Positions 1-18,460 are shown, counted from the first letter of the stretch. The stretch is 64,000 nt of DNA from Salpingoeca rosetta (GCA_033442325.1 JAWQFM010000009.1:1864006-1928005), one strand, 5' to 3'. Numbers and translations: made by a program. The notes: generated by a model from the sequence alone, not told the origin.

Positions 1-149
1 CGCACACGTGTCGCTCGTTGCCCCTGCCGGTGCTACGCATTGTTACACGCAACCTCACAACCACACACACCCCAAACACACACACGCACACACACACACA
101 CCCCGAACACTTGCTCACTCTCCCCGTCTTCTCGTGTTTATGTGTGCAG

Positions 150-233
150 GTGGATCTTGGGTCGCTGCTGCAGCAATTCCGCAGCGCCGCCACGCTCGAG
201 GAAATCGAAGAGGAGGACGACGACTACGAGTAG
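150..233 (+). CDS. Last exon of a gene starting upstream of the window (unknown product)
   Basis: Pyrimidine tract and tgcag acceptor ending at 149, then VDLGSLLQQFRSAATLEEIEEEDDDYE-TAG with GC-rich coding-like codons. Confidence 0.6.
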   Translation: MDLGSLLQQFRSAATLEEIEEEDDDYE

Positions 234-1026
234 TCGCTTCTCGCTGACACACTTGCGCTGGCCATACCCTCTTAATGTCGTTGCTTTGCCCCTTCCCCAC
301 CCTCAACGCACGCACACTCGCGCACACGCACACCCTGTGCTGTGGTGTGCTCCTGGTTCCACTGCCGTTTTGCTTTGTACGTTTTCACCTCCGTCTTTCT
401 CGCGCTGTTTTGTGTTGTGTTTTCTTTTGCTTGTGTGTGCTGCGATCAGTTTGTCGAACACCACCACCGCCAATACCATGCGTTCAACATCACTGCCCTT
501 AACACCACGTTTGCCTGCGTGCTGTTTCCTGTTCACCGTCCGTTGTTCTCATGCCTCCACTTGTGCTGTGCACCCTTTTCCTTGTGCATGTTGCCATGAC
601 AGTGCTTCCACGTGCGCCTGTGTGTATGTGTGTATGTGTGTGTATGGTTTCTCTTGCCCTGCTTCATCTCTTCTCTCATTGCTTGTTGCCTGCACTGTTG
701 TCGGTGGATTGTTTGATGGCCAATCGTTGAGCACGCGTGTCGTGCTGTTTGGTTATGTTACACATTTCAACAAGAAACCGCGACTAAAACCACACGCAGA
801 AGGCATGGGCTGTAGTGAGTATGCACAGTTGAAGAGAGGGAGAAAGGAGGGCGGGGAAGAGATTGAGGTGTCACAAACATACACATGTGTGCATCGACAA
901 TTCAAATGAAGCAAAGGAATGCCTGAACAGCGCTCAACACACCAAGCACAGACAATCATACACATGCATAGCTCAGTCTTCCACTTGCAGCTGAGCGCAA
1001 GTCACGCCCAGAACTGCTTGCACAGC

Positions 1027-3048
1027 TTATGGCGTGGTCACAGATTGGAGCCAGCTGTTGACGTTGACAATGTCATGGCACGACACCCACACCGGCCGCT
1101 GCCACGCCGCTTGCTGTTGGATGCATGGATGCACAAGCGCCTGTGTGGTGCTGCTACTGCTGTTGCTGCTTGCATCACGTGTGCCCAGCACCCAATACAG
1201 GCATCCAAGAAGCAGCGGCGACTTTGCCTCCGTCGCCTGCACAGCCACGACAATCGTGCCAGCCGTCACTTCATCATCATCACCCGCATCACGCGCCCAA
1301 CCATCATGCTGCTGCAGGCGTTGTTGTTGTTGTTGTTGTTGTTGTTGTGTGGGATCCAATTCTGCACTTTCGAGGCCTTTCACTTCACATTCCTGCCGAT
1401 CATCATCATTTGTACTTTCCTGTGCATTGCCGTCGTCATCATCATGATCATCGTCGCTGTCACCATCATCGCTCTCATGTACAGCTGGTCGGTGCTGCTG
1501 GTGTTGCTTCAGCTGTCGGCGCCGCTGCCGCTGCTGCACATGCAACCCAAGAAACGATTCACTGGCCTTCACCCCTTCCAACCTGTGCGCTACTGCCGAG
1601 GAGAACGCGATGTCGACAGAACAACCCGTGTGCTGGGCCGTGTGGCTTCCACCCGGTTCGTCCTCGAAGAAAGTGTCACCAACGGAGACCTCCCGCAGCA
1701 CACTGTGCATGTCCTCGCCATGAACACCACCACCAACACCAGCACCAACACTGTCGTCGTCACCAACACTAACACCAGCAACAGCACCAGCAACAGCACC
1801 GTGGCCCTGGACACGGCCATCACAGCCATCTTCCTGCCCTTCGTCTTCCTCCGTAATCAGCCGCAGCTTGGGCGGCGACCGCTGCATTCTCGGTGCTGCT
1901 GGGCCAGGGGCTCGCTGCGTTCCCTGTGCATGCAGTGGCGAGGGCACCAGCATGCTCACACGCCCATATCGCCTGCGTTCGCGGCCGGAACTCGTTGCTG
2001 CGCGCGCTGCTGCCCGAGACCGCGGTGTAAAGAGATGGTGTTGGTGTCGGCGACGGCGGTGGCGATGCGTGGATGCTGGCGTGTGCGACTGGCGCTGCGC
2101 ACCCGAGTGGGAGGCCGAAGCGAGGCCGCTGCTTGCATCGGGCGGTGATGTTGGTGATGTTACTTCGATGCGCGGATGCATGTGTGGTGGTGAATCTTGC
2201 CGCGCACCTGGGTCAGTGGTATCGCCTTGCCGCGTGCCGAGTTCACTGGTGTCAGTGTGTCGCGCAAGGTCAACGCTCTTCATATCTTCGCCTCCATCTT
2301 CGCTTTCTTCATCACTGTCGGAGTCACTCGTGTCAGAGCTTTCGCCGCCGTCACTGTCCTCCGTGCCAACCAGTTGCAGGAACTTAGTTGGCGACAGAAA
2401 CTCGTCGGGCTCCTCGTCGCCCTCATTACTGGTAACGTTGTGTTCGCCAGTGTGTTGCGCCGTGTCTTCGTCGCCCTGATGGTGATGATGATGATGATGA
2501 TGATGGTGATGATGACGGGGATGGGGATGGTGATGTGCACTGATCCAGTCCTGCGGTGGACGTCGTTGGTGCAGCCGCCGTTGCAGTGGTGTCTGAAAGC
2601 GATGAGCACTCTGTTCTCTGGTGGTCCAACTGGCCCGCGGACTTTGCACGGCTGCTGCTGGTGGAGTGCCCTGCATGGTGCGGAGCGGGCTCGGTGTGGC
2701 AGGCGATGCCACGGACAGCGGCGTGGGTGGCTGCAGCAAGCTGGCGCCGGCGGTGCTAGGGGAGAATGCGGGCTGGGTGTTTGGTTTGGATGCTTGTCGG
2801 TGACGTGCAAGTGGGCTGTAGCTCCTGGAGCGTCCACCTGCTGCTGCAGTTCTCGTTGTTGCACTTGTTGCAGTTGTCGGTGTCGTCGGGGAGTGCGGCG
2901 ACGTGTGTGCTGTTCTGAAGAGTCGGGGCGAGTGCAGCGCCCGTTGGAAGTCACATGTTGTTGTCATTGTGGTTGTGTTCTCTGATCGAGGCGGTGTATG
3001 GACACTGGAAAGCTGTGCTTGCTGCCCGTGATGTGTGAGCACCTCCAT
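1027..3048 (-). CDS. Hypothetical 673-aa low-complexity protein (poly-H, poly-Q, D/E tracts) with a short globular-looking C-terminus
   Basis: Uninterrupted 2-kb ORF free of intron-type CA repeats. No family recognised. A cacag just upstream of the ATG could be an acceptor. Confidence 0.65.
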   Translation of the reverse strand: MEVLTHHGQQAQLSSVHTPPRSENTTTMTTTCDFQRALHSPRLFRTAHTSPHSPTTPTTATSATTRTAAAGGRSRSYSPLARHRQASKPNTQPAFSPSTAGASLLQPPTPLSVASPATPSPLRTMQGTPPAAAVQSPRASWTTREQSAHRFQTPLQRRLHQRRPPQDWISAHHHPHPRHHHHHHHHHHHHQGDEDTAQHTGEHNVTSNEGDEEPDEFLSPTKFLQLVGTEDSDGGESSDTSDSDSDEESEDGGEDMKSVDLARHTDTSELGTRQGDTTDPGARQDSPPHMHPRIEVTSPTSPPDASSGLASASHSGAQRQSHTPASTHRHRRRRHQHHLFTPRSRAAARAATSSGRERRRYGRVSMLVPSPLHAQGTQRAPGPAAPRMQRSPPKLRLITEEDEGQEDGCDGRVQGHGAVAGAVAGVSVGDDDSVGAGVGGGVHGEDMHSVLREVSVGDTFFEDEPGGSHTAQHTGCSVDIAFSSAVAHRLEGVKASESFLGLHVQQRQRRRQLKQHQQHRPAVHESDDGDSDDDHDDDDGNAQESTNDDDRQECEVKGLESAELDPTQQQQQQQQQRLQQHDGWARDAGDDDEVTAGTIVVAVQATEAKSPLLLGCLYWVLGTRDASSNSSSSTTQALVHPCIQQQAAWQRPVWVSCHDIVNVNSWLQSVTTP

Positions 3049-3171
3049 CCCTGTGTGAGTGTGAGTGTGAGTGTGAGTGAGTGTGTGTGAGTGTGTGTTG
3101 GAATGAATGCTCTCGTTCTCCTTTCAAATTTTCACCGCCGCGGCGGAAACGGTCTTGTGGTTCTTGCTACT

Positions 3172-4013
3172 TTATGTGCTGTCGCTTTGGTCTTCAGGCA
3201 AGGTTCGATCTGGAACGCTTGTCTGTGGCAATGGCTGGCGCTCGCCAAACGCCTCCTTCCACAACCGCTACGGGTTGTGGCCGTCGTTTGTTGTTGTTGT
3301 CGTTGTTGGTTGTTGTTGTTGGTGGTGGTGGTGGTGTGAACGTGAGCTTGTGTGAATTGGCAATACTGCAGCCTCACGCACGCTCAATGCACAACACTCA
3401 ACACGCAACGCAACGCACAACACACACCACACACCACATACTCACGTGAAACTCCTTCTCAATGGCCAGTGCGGCCGCGTATTCTTCAGTCTCCGGGAGA
3501 TAGTAGCCAAGGGAGCAATCCACAACACGCTGCACATCCACAGCAAACGTCTGCGCATTCACGTACTGCTCAACGCGCGCGCACACACACATGTGTGTGT
3601 GTGGTTGCGTGTGAGATGTCAGAGATCGAAGCAATGTCACATAGGATGCAGAGTGAAAAAGGGAGGGCTGATCCGTGTTTGCATTTGCGCGCGCACAGAA
3701 CTGCACACGGGATTGCACAAACTGAAGAGTCCAACATGATCAATGATGTCATCATCCTCACCTGTCGCGCGTCGAGCTGTGTCATGATGGTTTGAAAGTC
3801 CATGGGGTTTTGCACGTGCTTCACATAGTCAGGGTCCTTGGGGGCGTGTGTGCGTGTGAGTTGGGGGGGGGGAGAGCAGGACATGTGAGTTCGGAGAGGT
3901 GGGGTTGTTTGCAGAGCGGAGATCCACAGGGGGGACGCCGAGAGGAAGGGGAATACACATGCATGTAGAGGGGCAAACACACACGCACACATGCACAATC
4001 ACACTAACGAACA

Positions 4014-4052
<39 letters not shown>

Positions 4053-4584
4053 GCACACACACACACTAACGAACAAAACACACTAACGAACACAAACACA
4101 CGCACAAATGCACACACAAATACACACACACCTCCTTCTCTGTGACGGGAGTGAGAAATGGCCACGCGTGCTCGCACTTGCGTAAGCTCTTCAGAATCGC
4201 CTCACAGCACTGCATCTCCTTCACCGCCCGACCGCCACGCGACGAACTCTGCACATGAACACACACACACACACACACACACAAGCACACACACGCACAC
4301 ACACACACACAAGCACACACACACACAAGCACACACAAGCACACACATGTTCAAGGGTCAGGGCATGCGGTGTGACGAGGGTGTACAAATGGGCAGCAAG
4401 CGAATGGACATGTATGTTGCAAGCAAGAGCGTACGGCTGTGTGCGACGTGTTCACAGCAACGCCTTGGATTTCCCGCGGCGGTGAAAACCTGCAACACAC
4501 CCAACAGCACAAGTAAATTAGTCAGCTGTGAGAAGAAGGAGGGAGGGGGGTTGCAAGACCAGCCACGGCTCGACACACACACGC

Positions 4585-4654
<70 letters not shown>

Positions 4655-5490
4655 CACGCACGTCCTGCGACGAGATGAGCGCGAGCTTGTGCGACTGCTG
4701 CGCCGCCGGCCATCATTGCTCTCTTCCTCGTCATCATCGTCGCTGCCACTGCTGCCACTCGACTCCTCCTCCTCCGTATCCTCCTCCTCTTCGTCTTCCT
4801 CCTCCTCTTCGTCGTCGTCGTGGTCCCAGGCCTCGATCATGGCGCGTTGCCTGGCCGACGCCACTGCAGCTGCGCGTCGGGTTGTTCGCCGCGGCTCGTG
4901 TGACGGATATCGCTGCAAGCGTGCAGACCGTCGCTGTCACAACACCGTGGTGGAGACAAGGAATGGTGAGGCCAGCGGATACATGAGTGGGCGTGTGTGT
5001 GTGCGCGTGTGTATGTGTGTGTGCAGGTGTGTGTATTGCGCGTGTGCGTGTGCGTGTGTGCGTGTGTGCGTTGTTAACAGAAGCATCAAGATGTGCATGC
5101 GTACCTGCGTGCTTGCGGCGTCCCATTTGATCGAGTTGTACAGCAGGTGGTTCAACACTTGGACCTGGTGTGTGGTGTGTGTGTGTATATGTGTGCACAA
5201 GAACGGCAGATGGTCAGAGGAGCACGAGTACAGCGCCTGTTAAACAGCACCAAGACTACAACATGTGCGAGAGAGCATGCACCTGAGATGCAGAAGTGCA
5301 TTCCTCGCACATGCGCGGGAATGATTCAAAGAGCTCCAATTTGTCTGATGCGCTGCCAATCGGCTCTTGCAGCCACCTGACACAAGCACACGATTATTGT
5401 GTTGTTGCGAGAGGCACACGAAGAAAGGGGATGATGCTCGTGTGTGAGTGGGCGTGGCAACACACGGCATTCGCCCACTCCTGCATGTGT

Positions 5491-5526
<36 letters not shown>

Positions 5527-6301
5527 CCACATCGATGTTGTAACATGCAGCAGCAGCAGCAGCCCCCTTATTTGTTCTCTGACTCCGCCCGTCCATTGTC
5601 GCGTGCGAGTGCTCACGTGTCATCAAGGCGTTGCAGCATGGTGTGGATGCATGACGCAAGATCAGCGTATGTCTGCGCCTCTGTGATCTTGTCACCAACG
5701 TCAACAACGCTGTCAATGCCTTGCTCCACAAGCTGCCCGTGTGCATGCATAGGCAGAGGAGAACACCACGGCAGCGGACAGTTCACATGAGCGAGCAAGA
5801 GAGGGAGTGAGTGAGTGTGTGTGAGTGAGTGCGTGAGTGCGTGTGTGTGAGAGTGAGAGACACAGAGTGTGTGTGTGTGTGTGAGTGTGCGAGGGAGAGG
5901 GAGACAGAGTGTGTGCGTGAGAGAGAGTGTGTGAGTGTGTGGAATCTTCAGCAGGCGCGTAAAAGCATCACTACAATCACCACACACTCACACGCTTTCT
6001 TTCCCCCCCCCCGCTTCCGCTCCCACGCACGCACGCATGCGCACATGCGCACTCACGCTTGTGAATGTGTCGCGCACGTCGTCGCGCGTTTGTTCGAGGA
6101 GCTTCTCCTCAATTGCCGCCGCATCTGTGGACGCGTGCAAATGGGGAGGGGGCGGTTGAGTTGGGAGGAACACTGCAAAGAGTTAGGGAACAGCGGTACA
6201 AGCAAGCAGCGACGAGGAACGAAGGAGAAGACACACACACACACACAGACACACACACAGACACACACACACAGACAGACACACACACACACACACAGAC
6301 A

Positions 6302-6338
<37 letters not shown>

Positions 6339-7445
6339 ACAAACACACACACACACACAGACACACAGACACAGACACAGACACAGACACACACATTACC
6401 CTGCAGAGGGGCTGCGGCGATGCGATCCTCGTCGTCGTCGCCGTCGTCGTTGTTGTTGCTGGTGACCTGGTTGAGGTCTGCGTGGGAGAGGCACGTGAGG
6501 TACTCCTTGGACAGGATTGCGCCTACCGCAGTCTTCAGCTGTTTCTCTCGTCGCCCGCGCGGGTCCAATGTCTCCAGCAGCTCGTCCAGCTCCGCGCGCG
6601 TAATGTACACCCGCCACACGTCACCATGACCATGACCATGACCATGACCGTCGTCCTCGTCCGTGCGCATGGTGGTGTGGGCGGAGCGACGGTACAGGCC
6701 GTGCATGCACGTGAACACAAAGTACGAGTTGAAGTCCCTGTCTCGGCCAACACAGCGCGGGCCCCACGCAAACTGCAGATCAGCGAGCTTCGTCTCCGCA
6801 TTGTGCTACGCCGGTATGTGTGCATGTGTTTTTGTGCACGTGTTTGTGTATGAAAACGTATATGTATGTGTATGTGTATGTGTATGTGTATGTGTTAGTG
6901 TATGTGTATGTGTTAGTGTATGTGTGTTAGTGTATGTGCATGTGTTAGTGCATGTGTATGTGTGTGAGTATGTGCGTGAGTATGTGTGTGAGTACATGTT
7001 ACAAACAGTGACATACATGGTGACATGCACCCAGGCATGTCAGCCTTTGCATGTGTGCGCGTGTGTGTGTGCACGGCCACGCGGTTCGTACCAGGTCGTC
7101 CTCCAGTTTGGTCAGCGCCTGCAGTGGCAAACAAGAACAACAGATGCAATTCAGTTGTGAGCGCGTGTCGGTGCGGCACAGCGTCAGATGGCGCAAACAG
7201 ACTACGTCTGTATCTGCACGCAAACAGACTGCGCCTGAATCTGCACGCAAACATACTAGGTGTGTATCTGCAAGCCATGCCTCTGTTCACACCTTCTCTG
7301 CCTCGCTGGACGGGGTGCTGCGCGTGTTGGAGAGGCCGGCCAGTCGCCGCGCAAGCGCCTCATCGCTCTCAACCTGACATACGCACACACACATGTGAAC
7401 GGGCGCAAGGCATGAGAACCCGCGACCATCTTCACAGCGCGTAAA

Positions 7446-7518
<73 letters not shown>

Positions 7519-8603
7519 AGACACAGACACCTGGGCCTTGCCGGACTTGAGGTCCTTGAGTGTACGTGCAGCAGCGGCACGTTCGCGTTGGAGGTAAAAG
7601 CGCTTTCGCTTCTGTGCCGTAATCTTCTCCTGCGCATCTTCAAGCACCTCAACAACGTGGTCGTTGTCCATGTGCTGATCGCATAGGAACGCAAGCACCT
7701 GCGCGTTGTTCAGTTGGAGGTGTGCGCGCAGTCGTGAGCCATAATGTGGCACGGAGAACCGCAAGCAACGCAAGCAAAGCAAGAGAAGCAAAACATGCGC
7801 ACGCACACACGCACACATGCATCCGCGCACACACATGTACATATACATCCACACACCTTAATCTTTTGGTTTGGGGAAAGCATTGCAAAGTCGCCATCTG
7901 CAAGAATCTGTCATCACAAGACGTTCAGCAAGAGCAGCAGGCGGCGAGCGCACCGTCAACAACGAAGCATCCGCAATGCACGCACAATGCACATGCGATC
8001 ATGTGCAAGCCAAGTACGTGTGCGTGTGCGTGTGTGTGCGTGTTGGGTGCGTGTTGAGTGCATGCACAGGCTGGTGTGAGCACCTGTGTGATGCCATCGG
8101 GTTGCCAGGGGATGTACTCCGAGGGCATGGCAAGCAGATACCGCCGCAGCACCTGACCAGCAGCAAACAGGCGAACAGGAGGGAAAGATGGGTGAGGGCC
8201 GAGGGGGTGAGGGGCGAGGGGGTGAGGCGTGAACAAGGCGTGACGGAGAAGGAGAGAGCATGTAAGGGACACAGAACGCATCGCACGAGCACCAGAGCAC
8301 ATTCTCGGATGTCGGGAAGTGACCTCTGATGCGGTTTCTTTGTTGAGGGGCAGGTCGGCGACGTCAATGCCACAGCCAATGTCAACCTGACCCAGCGAAT
8401 GGCGGTTGAGTGATAATGGTGGTGGTGGTGATGGTGATGTCAGAGCACGTGCACGTGGGCAACAGCAATGCAATGGAGGGATATGAGAGGATGTGTGCAT
8501 GTTGAAGTGCACAAAGCAAGAACAGCAAAAAAAAAGCAACCCCGCCAGCAATCAAGCAAGTAAGCATTGAAGCAATGAAACAATCAAGCCCTCCACCAGC
8601 CAA

Positions 8604-8674
<71 letters not shown>

Positions 8675-9208
8675 TCACACACCACACAGACAGGACTGCG
8701 TACGTTTGTTGCGCAGGGGCCATCGTCAATTTCAAGGAGAGCAATGAGAATGTTGGCGAGGATGGCGTTTGCCGGGGTCGGGTCATCTGTGTTGAACAGC
8801 GCAGCCTGTACAAGTTGGAGATGAAGGGGAGCGGGGAACATGCGTGTACCGCGGCGGGGGTGGTGAGCAACTGACGGACGCAGCAGTCCTTCAGAGGAAA
8901 GGTGGAAAGGGTTCATGCTCAATCCACCCCCCCCCCCAAACACACACACGGGGCAAGCACCTCGAGGGATTCGATGGAGAGGGACTTGACGTGGTCTGCT
9001 GAGGGGAGGCCCTTGCTGAAGTTGGTTACAAACTCAAGCACCATCATCGCGTGTGTGAACGCATCTCCCTGGAACCGCGTTGGTGTTCGTCGTCCGCGCG
9101 GCAGCGAGCGGCTGCAGGTGTGGTGTGCGATTTTGTGCGATTTTGTGCGATTGTGTGATTGTGTGTGTGTGATTGTTTGTGTGTGTTTGTGTGTGAGTGT
9201 GTGTGTGT

Positions 9209-9245
<37 letters not shown>

Positions 9246-9823
9246 TGTGTGTGTGTGTGAGTGTGAGTGTGTGTGAGTGCGTGCGTATGATGTGAAACAA
9301 GGAGTGCGTGAACGGTGATCTCAATGAGTCAGCATGTACATCCATCAATGCATCGCATGCATCGGTGACACACTTGTGTTTAAAGTCCTCGTCGTTCAAG
9401 GGCTCAGCGCTCTTCTCCTGTTTCTTCCGTCGCGCCTCCTCCTCCTTTGCCCGCCGCTGCGCCGCCAGTTTCTGCCACATGCACGAATCACAGAAAGAAA
9501 TGGGGGGGGGGCAGTGTGAGTTGTGGAGCGCATTGTGATCGAGCGTAGGGGCTGTGGCTGCATCGAAACACAAACGCTAACACACACACACACACGCACG
9601 CACACACACAAGCACACACACACTCTCTCTCCCACACACGCACACACACACACCTTCTTTCTCTCCAGCTTCTTGCGTTCCTTCTCCTCTGCGCGTTCGC
9701 GTGCCAGCTGCTCGCGTTCCGCTTTTGACAAAAACTTCTTCTGTCGCAGCGACAGCTTCTCTGTCCGCTCGGGAAAACTCACCGGCTGCGTCGGGTCCCT
9801 GTGTGCATGTGCATGAATGTTCG

Positions 9824-9861
<38 letters not shown>

Positions 9862-12355
9862 TGTGCACATGAGTGTTCGTGTATGTGATTATGTGCACAT
9901 GAGTGTTCGTGTGTGTGTTTGTGTGTGCGTGCGTGTGTGAGTGTGTACATGTGTGTGTGTGTGCATGTGCACGCGTGATTGTGTGCACATGAGTGTTGGT
10001 GTATGTGTTTGTGCGCATGCGTGCGTACGCGTGTGTGTGGTTCGTCGGAAATTCCCACGTGCGAAAACCACTTGCTTGGAAACACCTTCGCACTCACACA
10101 CACACATACATGCACGACACACACACACACACACATGCGCACATACACACATGTATACACTGACACGCGCGCGCGCACAACCCACTTCCCGTCCCCTAGT
10201 CAGTCCACCTTGGCCTGAGAAAGCTGTCAAGTGTCTTGGCCTTCTTTGCCTTGTCCTGGCCCTTCTTCTTCGCTGCTGGCTTTCGCTTCGCCTTCTTCCC
10301 CGCGTCGTCACTGTTCGCTGCTTTCTCTGCAGAGGCACGCGCGCCCTTGGCTGCAGGCTTTGCCTTGCTGGTCGCCTTCCGCTTGCTCGCCTGCTGTGTC
10401 TTCGCTGCTGCTGCTGCCGCTGCCTTGCGGCCCGTGTCCTTGCGCGTCGCGTGCGTGTCCCTTGAGTCTGCATCGTCATCAGCACCATCATCGCTCTCCA
10501 CCAGCACGTCAACCTGTCGCCAACCACACGCACATGGGCATTAGAGTGAGAATGTGAGTAAAGAAGCGTGTGTCGTGTGACTCTGTGTGCTGTGTCGTGT
10601 GACTGTGTGTGCGTGTGTGTTTGCACATATGCACGTTGCATGCGCTAATCCCTGTGTCCACAACATGTCATCACACTTCAACCCTCCCCCCCCCCCCCCA
10701 ATTACCTCGTGATCGCTCTCCTCGTCCATGGCGCCGCTGGCATCCCCCTTCTTCTCATCCCCCTCTGCCCCCGCTGCCTTCTTCTTCTTCCTCTGCTGCT
10801 GCCTGCGCCACGCTGTGAGCTCCTGCTGGTACGTGTCCTCGAGCGGCTGCCGCACCGCCGCCGGCTGCTTCATGTACATGTCCCGCAGCACTTTGTTCGC
10901 AGCTGCGCGTTGTGAGTGTGTGTGGGAGTGCGTGTGTGTGAGTGTTTGCGCGTACGTGCGTGTGTGTGCGTGTGTGTGTGTGTGTGTGTGAGTACGACTG
11001 AGGGCAGCACAGGCACAAGCACGGACGCATGCACACACGCGCAAGCACGCAGGCACGCACACATTCCAAACTACGTGCACGAGTCAGCATGTATGCAACG
11101 GGTGTACAACGAGCTCTGTCTGCGTCCTCACCGAGATAAGTGAGCTTTGGGTTCTTCTCCATCACACTCTTCCTGCACAGTGACAAGTGCAAGTGATGGG
11201 TGCCAAGCAAGTAAGGTGGCTGCGGGTGAGAAGTAGCAGCGTGCGAGTGGTTGTTGGCAATGAACACAACACAGTATCGACCACGCAGCTTGTTGATGGT
11301 CGCCAAGCATGAGCCCACCTGTGCTTGACTGCAAAGTGCACAAACGGAGGGATGGGCTCGCGTGGCAGCGGGGGCGGCTGCTGTTGCGCTGCGCGCTGCG
11401 GAGTGGCAGCTGGGGACGCCGATGACGACGTGGTGGACGATGCTCGAGGGGATGCGGAGATGGGCCCGTTGTCTTCAAGCTTGCTTTCCAGCTTGCGATG
11501 CGGCTTGTGGGGTTTGGGCGTTTGCTTCTTCGCAGCCTCCGCGGTGTCGCCGTCGCTGCTGCTACCGCTGCTACTGCTCCTTCGTCTACCGGTGCCATTG
11601 CTGCCTCCACTTTTCGCTTCTGCTAACGAATGGGCAGTGGCCGCACTCGGTGTTGGGCCAGCCTGTTGTGCCTGCAGCTTCAAGCGATCTGCGGACGTAG
11701 CGTTGTGTGCGTGTGCGTGTGCGTGTGCGTGAGTGAGTGTGTGAGTGTGTGAGTGAGTGAGTGTGTATGTGTGTGAGTGAGTGAGTGTGTGAGTGAGTGA
11801 GTGAGTGAGTGTGTGTGTGTGAGTGAGTGAGTGTGTGTGTGTGTATGTGCAGTTGCTGTGAGATGGAGGTTTCACAGGTGTTGCAGGGATTGCTTGTAGC
11901 TTCCTCTCCCACACCTGAGATCGCACAACGGCTTACCTTTGAGGGAGCCTGGAGCAGCTGCGCTTGGCTGAGGCTTCGTCTGCGTCTTCAAGCGATCTGC
12001 CAGGATTGAGCGTGTGCGTGTGAATTAGTGGTGAGGGGGAGAGCGCGGCTAGGGAATGATGACCAGCTCACACAAGCGCACGTGCATCGTACCCTTGAGA
12101 GACACAGGCGGCACTCCGAGTTGTTCTGACGGTGTCTCCTTCTTCGTCTTCTTCTTGGTCTCATCCTCCTCATTGCCCTGTGTGCATACATGTGTGTATG
12201 TGTGAGTGTGAGTGAGTGAGTGTGAGTGAGTGAGTGAGTGAGTGAGTGAGTGAGTGAGTGTATGTGTGTGTATATGTGTGTGTGAGTGAGTGAGTGAGTG
12301 AGTGAGTGTGAGTGAGCGTGAGTGAGTGTGAGTGAGCGTGAGTGAGTGTGAGTGA

Positions 12356-12406
<51 letters not shown>

Positions 12407-12594
12407 TGTCCGCTTGCTTGTGGCGCAGCAATACCCTCTTCACACACACACACACAACCCCCTGCCTTCTCCCCAGGTCCCACTGCGTTCCCACTACGTT
12501 CCCACCATACCCTTCATCACCCATCACCACCACCACACAGACGGACCTTGTCCACGCTGGTGGTCTGGCGTGTGAGCCATGCCTTGAGCGACAT
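3172..12594 (-). CDS. BAZ/ACF1/WSTF-like ISWI-partner chromatin protein: HMG box + DDT + WHIM/WSD + C-terminal bromodomain (multi-exon)
   Basis: Spliced exons give start MSLKAWLTRQ; HMG box PREPIPPFVHFAVKHR/KSVMEKNPKLTYL/AANKVLRDMY..LEDTYQQEL; DDT FQGDAFTHAMMVLEFVTNF..NKETASEVLRRYL; WSD GRDRDFNSYFVF..WRVYITRAELDELLETLDPRGRREKQL; bromodomain HAWPFLTPV..DPDYVKHVQNPMDFQTI..EKEFHRLWKEAF; TAA at 3172-3174. Confidence 0.85.
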
Positions 12595-13290
12595 GCCTGC
12601 CTGCCTTGTGCTCGTGGTGTGCCTTCTCCTCTTCGGAATCACCACCACACCACCTTCGTCGTCTGCGCTGCTGTCTGTTTTTGGCGCGAAACTCCTCCTT
12701 CTTCTTCTCGTTTTTCTTTTCCTCTCTCCCTTGTGACCACCATCCATCGCACATCGCACATGGCATGAGCGTGTTCGCACACATACACAACACACGCACA
12801 CACTGCACATGTGTGAGGTTGGCTTCCCCCTCTGCGCTCCACAGACACCCACCGCTACCGCCATGCGTGTGTGTTGAAATGGGGGAATTACATTATGGGC
12901 GTCTGAAACAGAAAGGAGAGGGCACGTGGTGAACCCCCTCACCATACATGACAGGGCAGACAGACAGACCGACCAGGCGAATGCATCGTTATGCACATGC
13001 AAGGGAGAAGACCGGATGAAGCATAAAGAAAGGGGGTAGAGAGGAAGAGAGGAAGAGAGGAAGAGAAGAAGAAGAGGTGGTGGTGGTCGGGGCACCCAAG
13101 GATGTGGGAGGAGTGGGGCAGACACTGCGTGACAAATGCAGGCGTACACGCATGCACGCACGAATCGACAACGGCAGCATCACCACCACCACCAGTGGCA
13201 GCAGCATCACCACCACCACCAGCAGTGGCAGCGCCGTTATGGTTGATGATCGTCACGAATCACAACCATGAAACAAAGCCGTTGCCATCA

Positions 13291-16893
<3,603 letters not shown>

Positions 16894-17187
16894 GGTGAGC
16901 AAACAATCGAAGCACGCGAGCGACGCAAGGCAGCAAGGTTCAGGGTTGAAGTCGTGCTGATGTGGGAGGAGTGGTAAAACAGGGAGGGCGTGTCCGTGCT
17001 ATCCACCATGGCAGCGAAATCCACACAATTTACAGCAAAGAAACTTACATACAGTGCGCATTGTGAACGCCTACTCATCGCCACCACCAAACTGCACACA
17101 CAAACCACCTTCTTGCTTGCTTCGTCTTTGTCATCGCTCCCTGCCTCTCGCCCATCACAACAACAACAGCTGCTACGCATCATCAAT

Positions 17188-18460
<1,273 letters not shown>

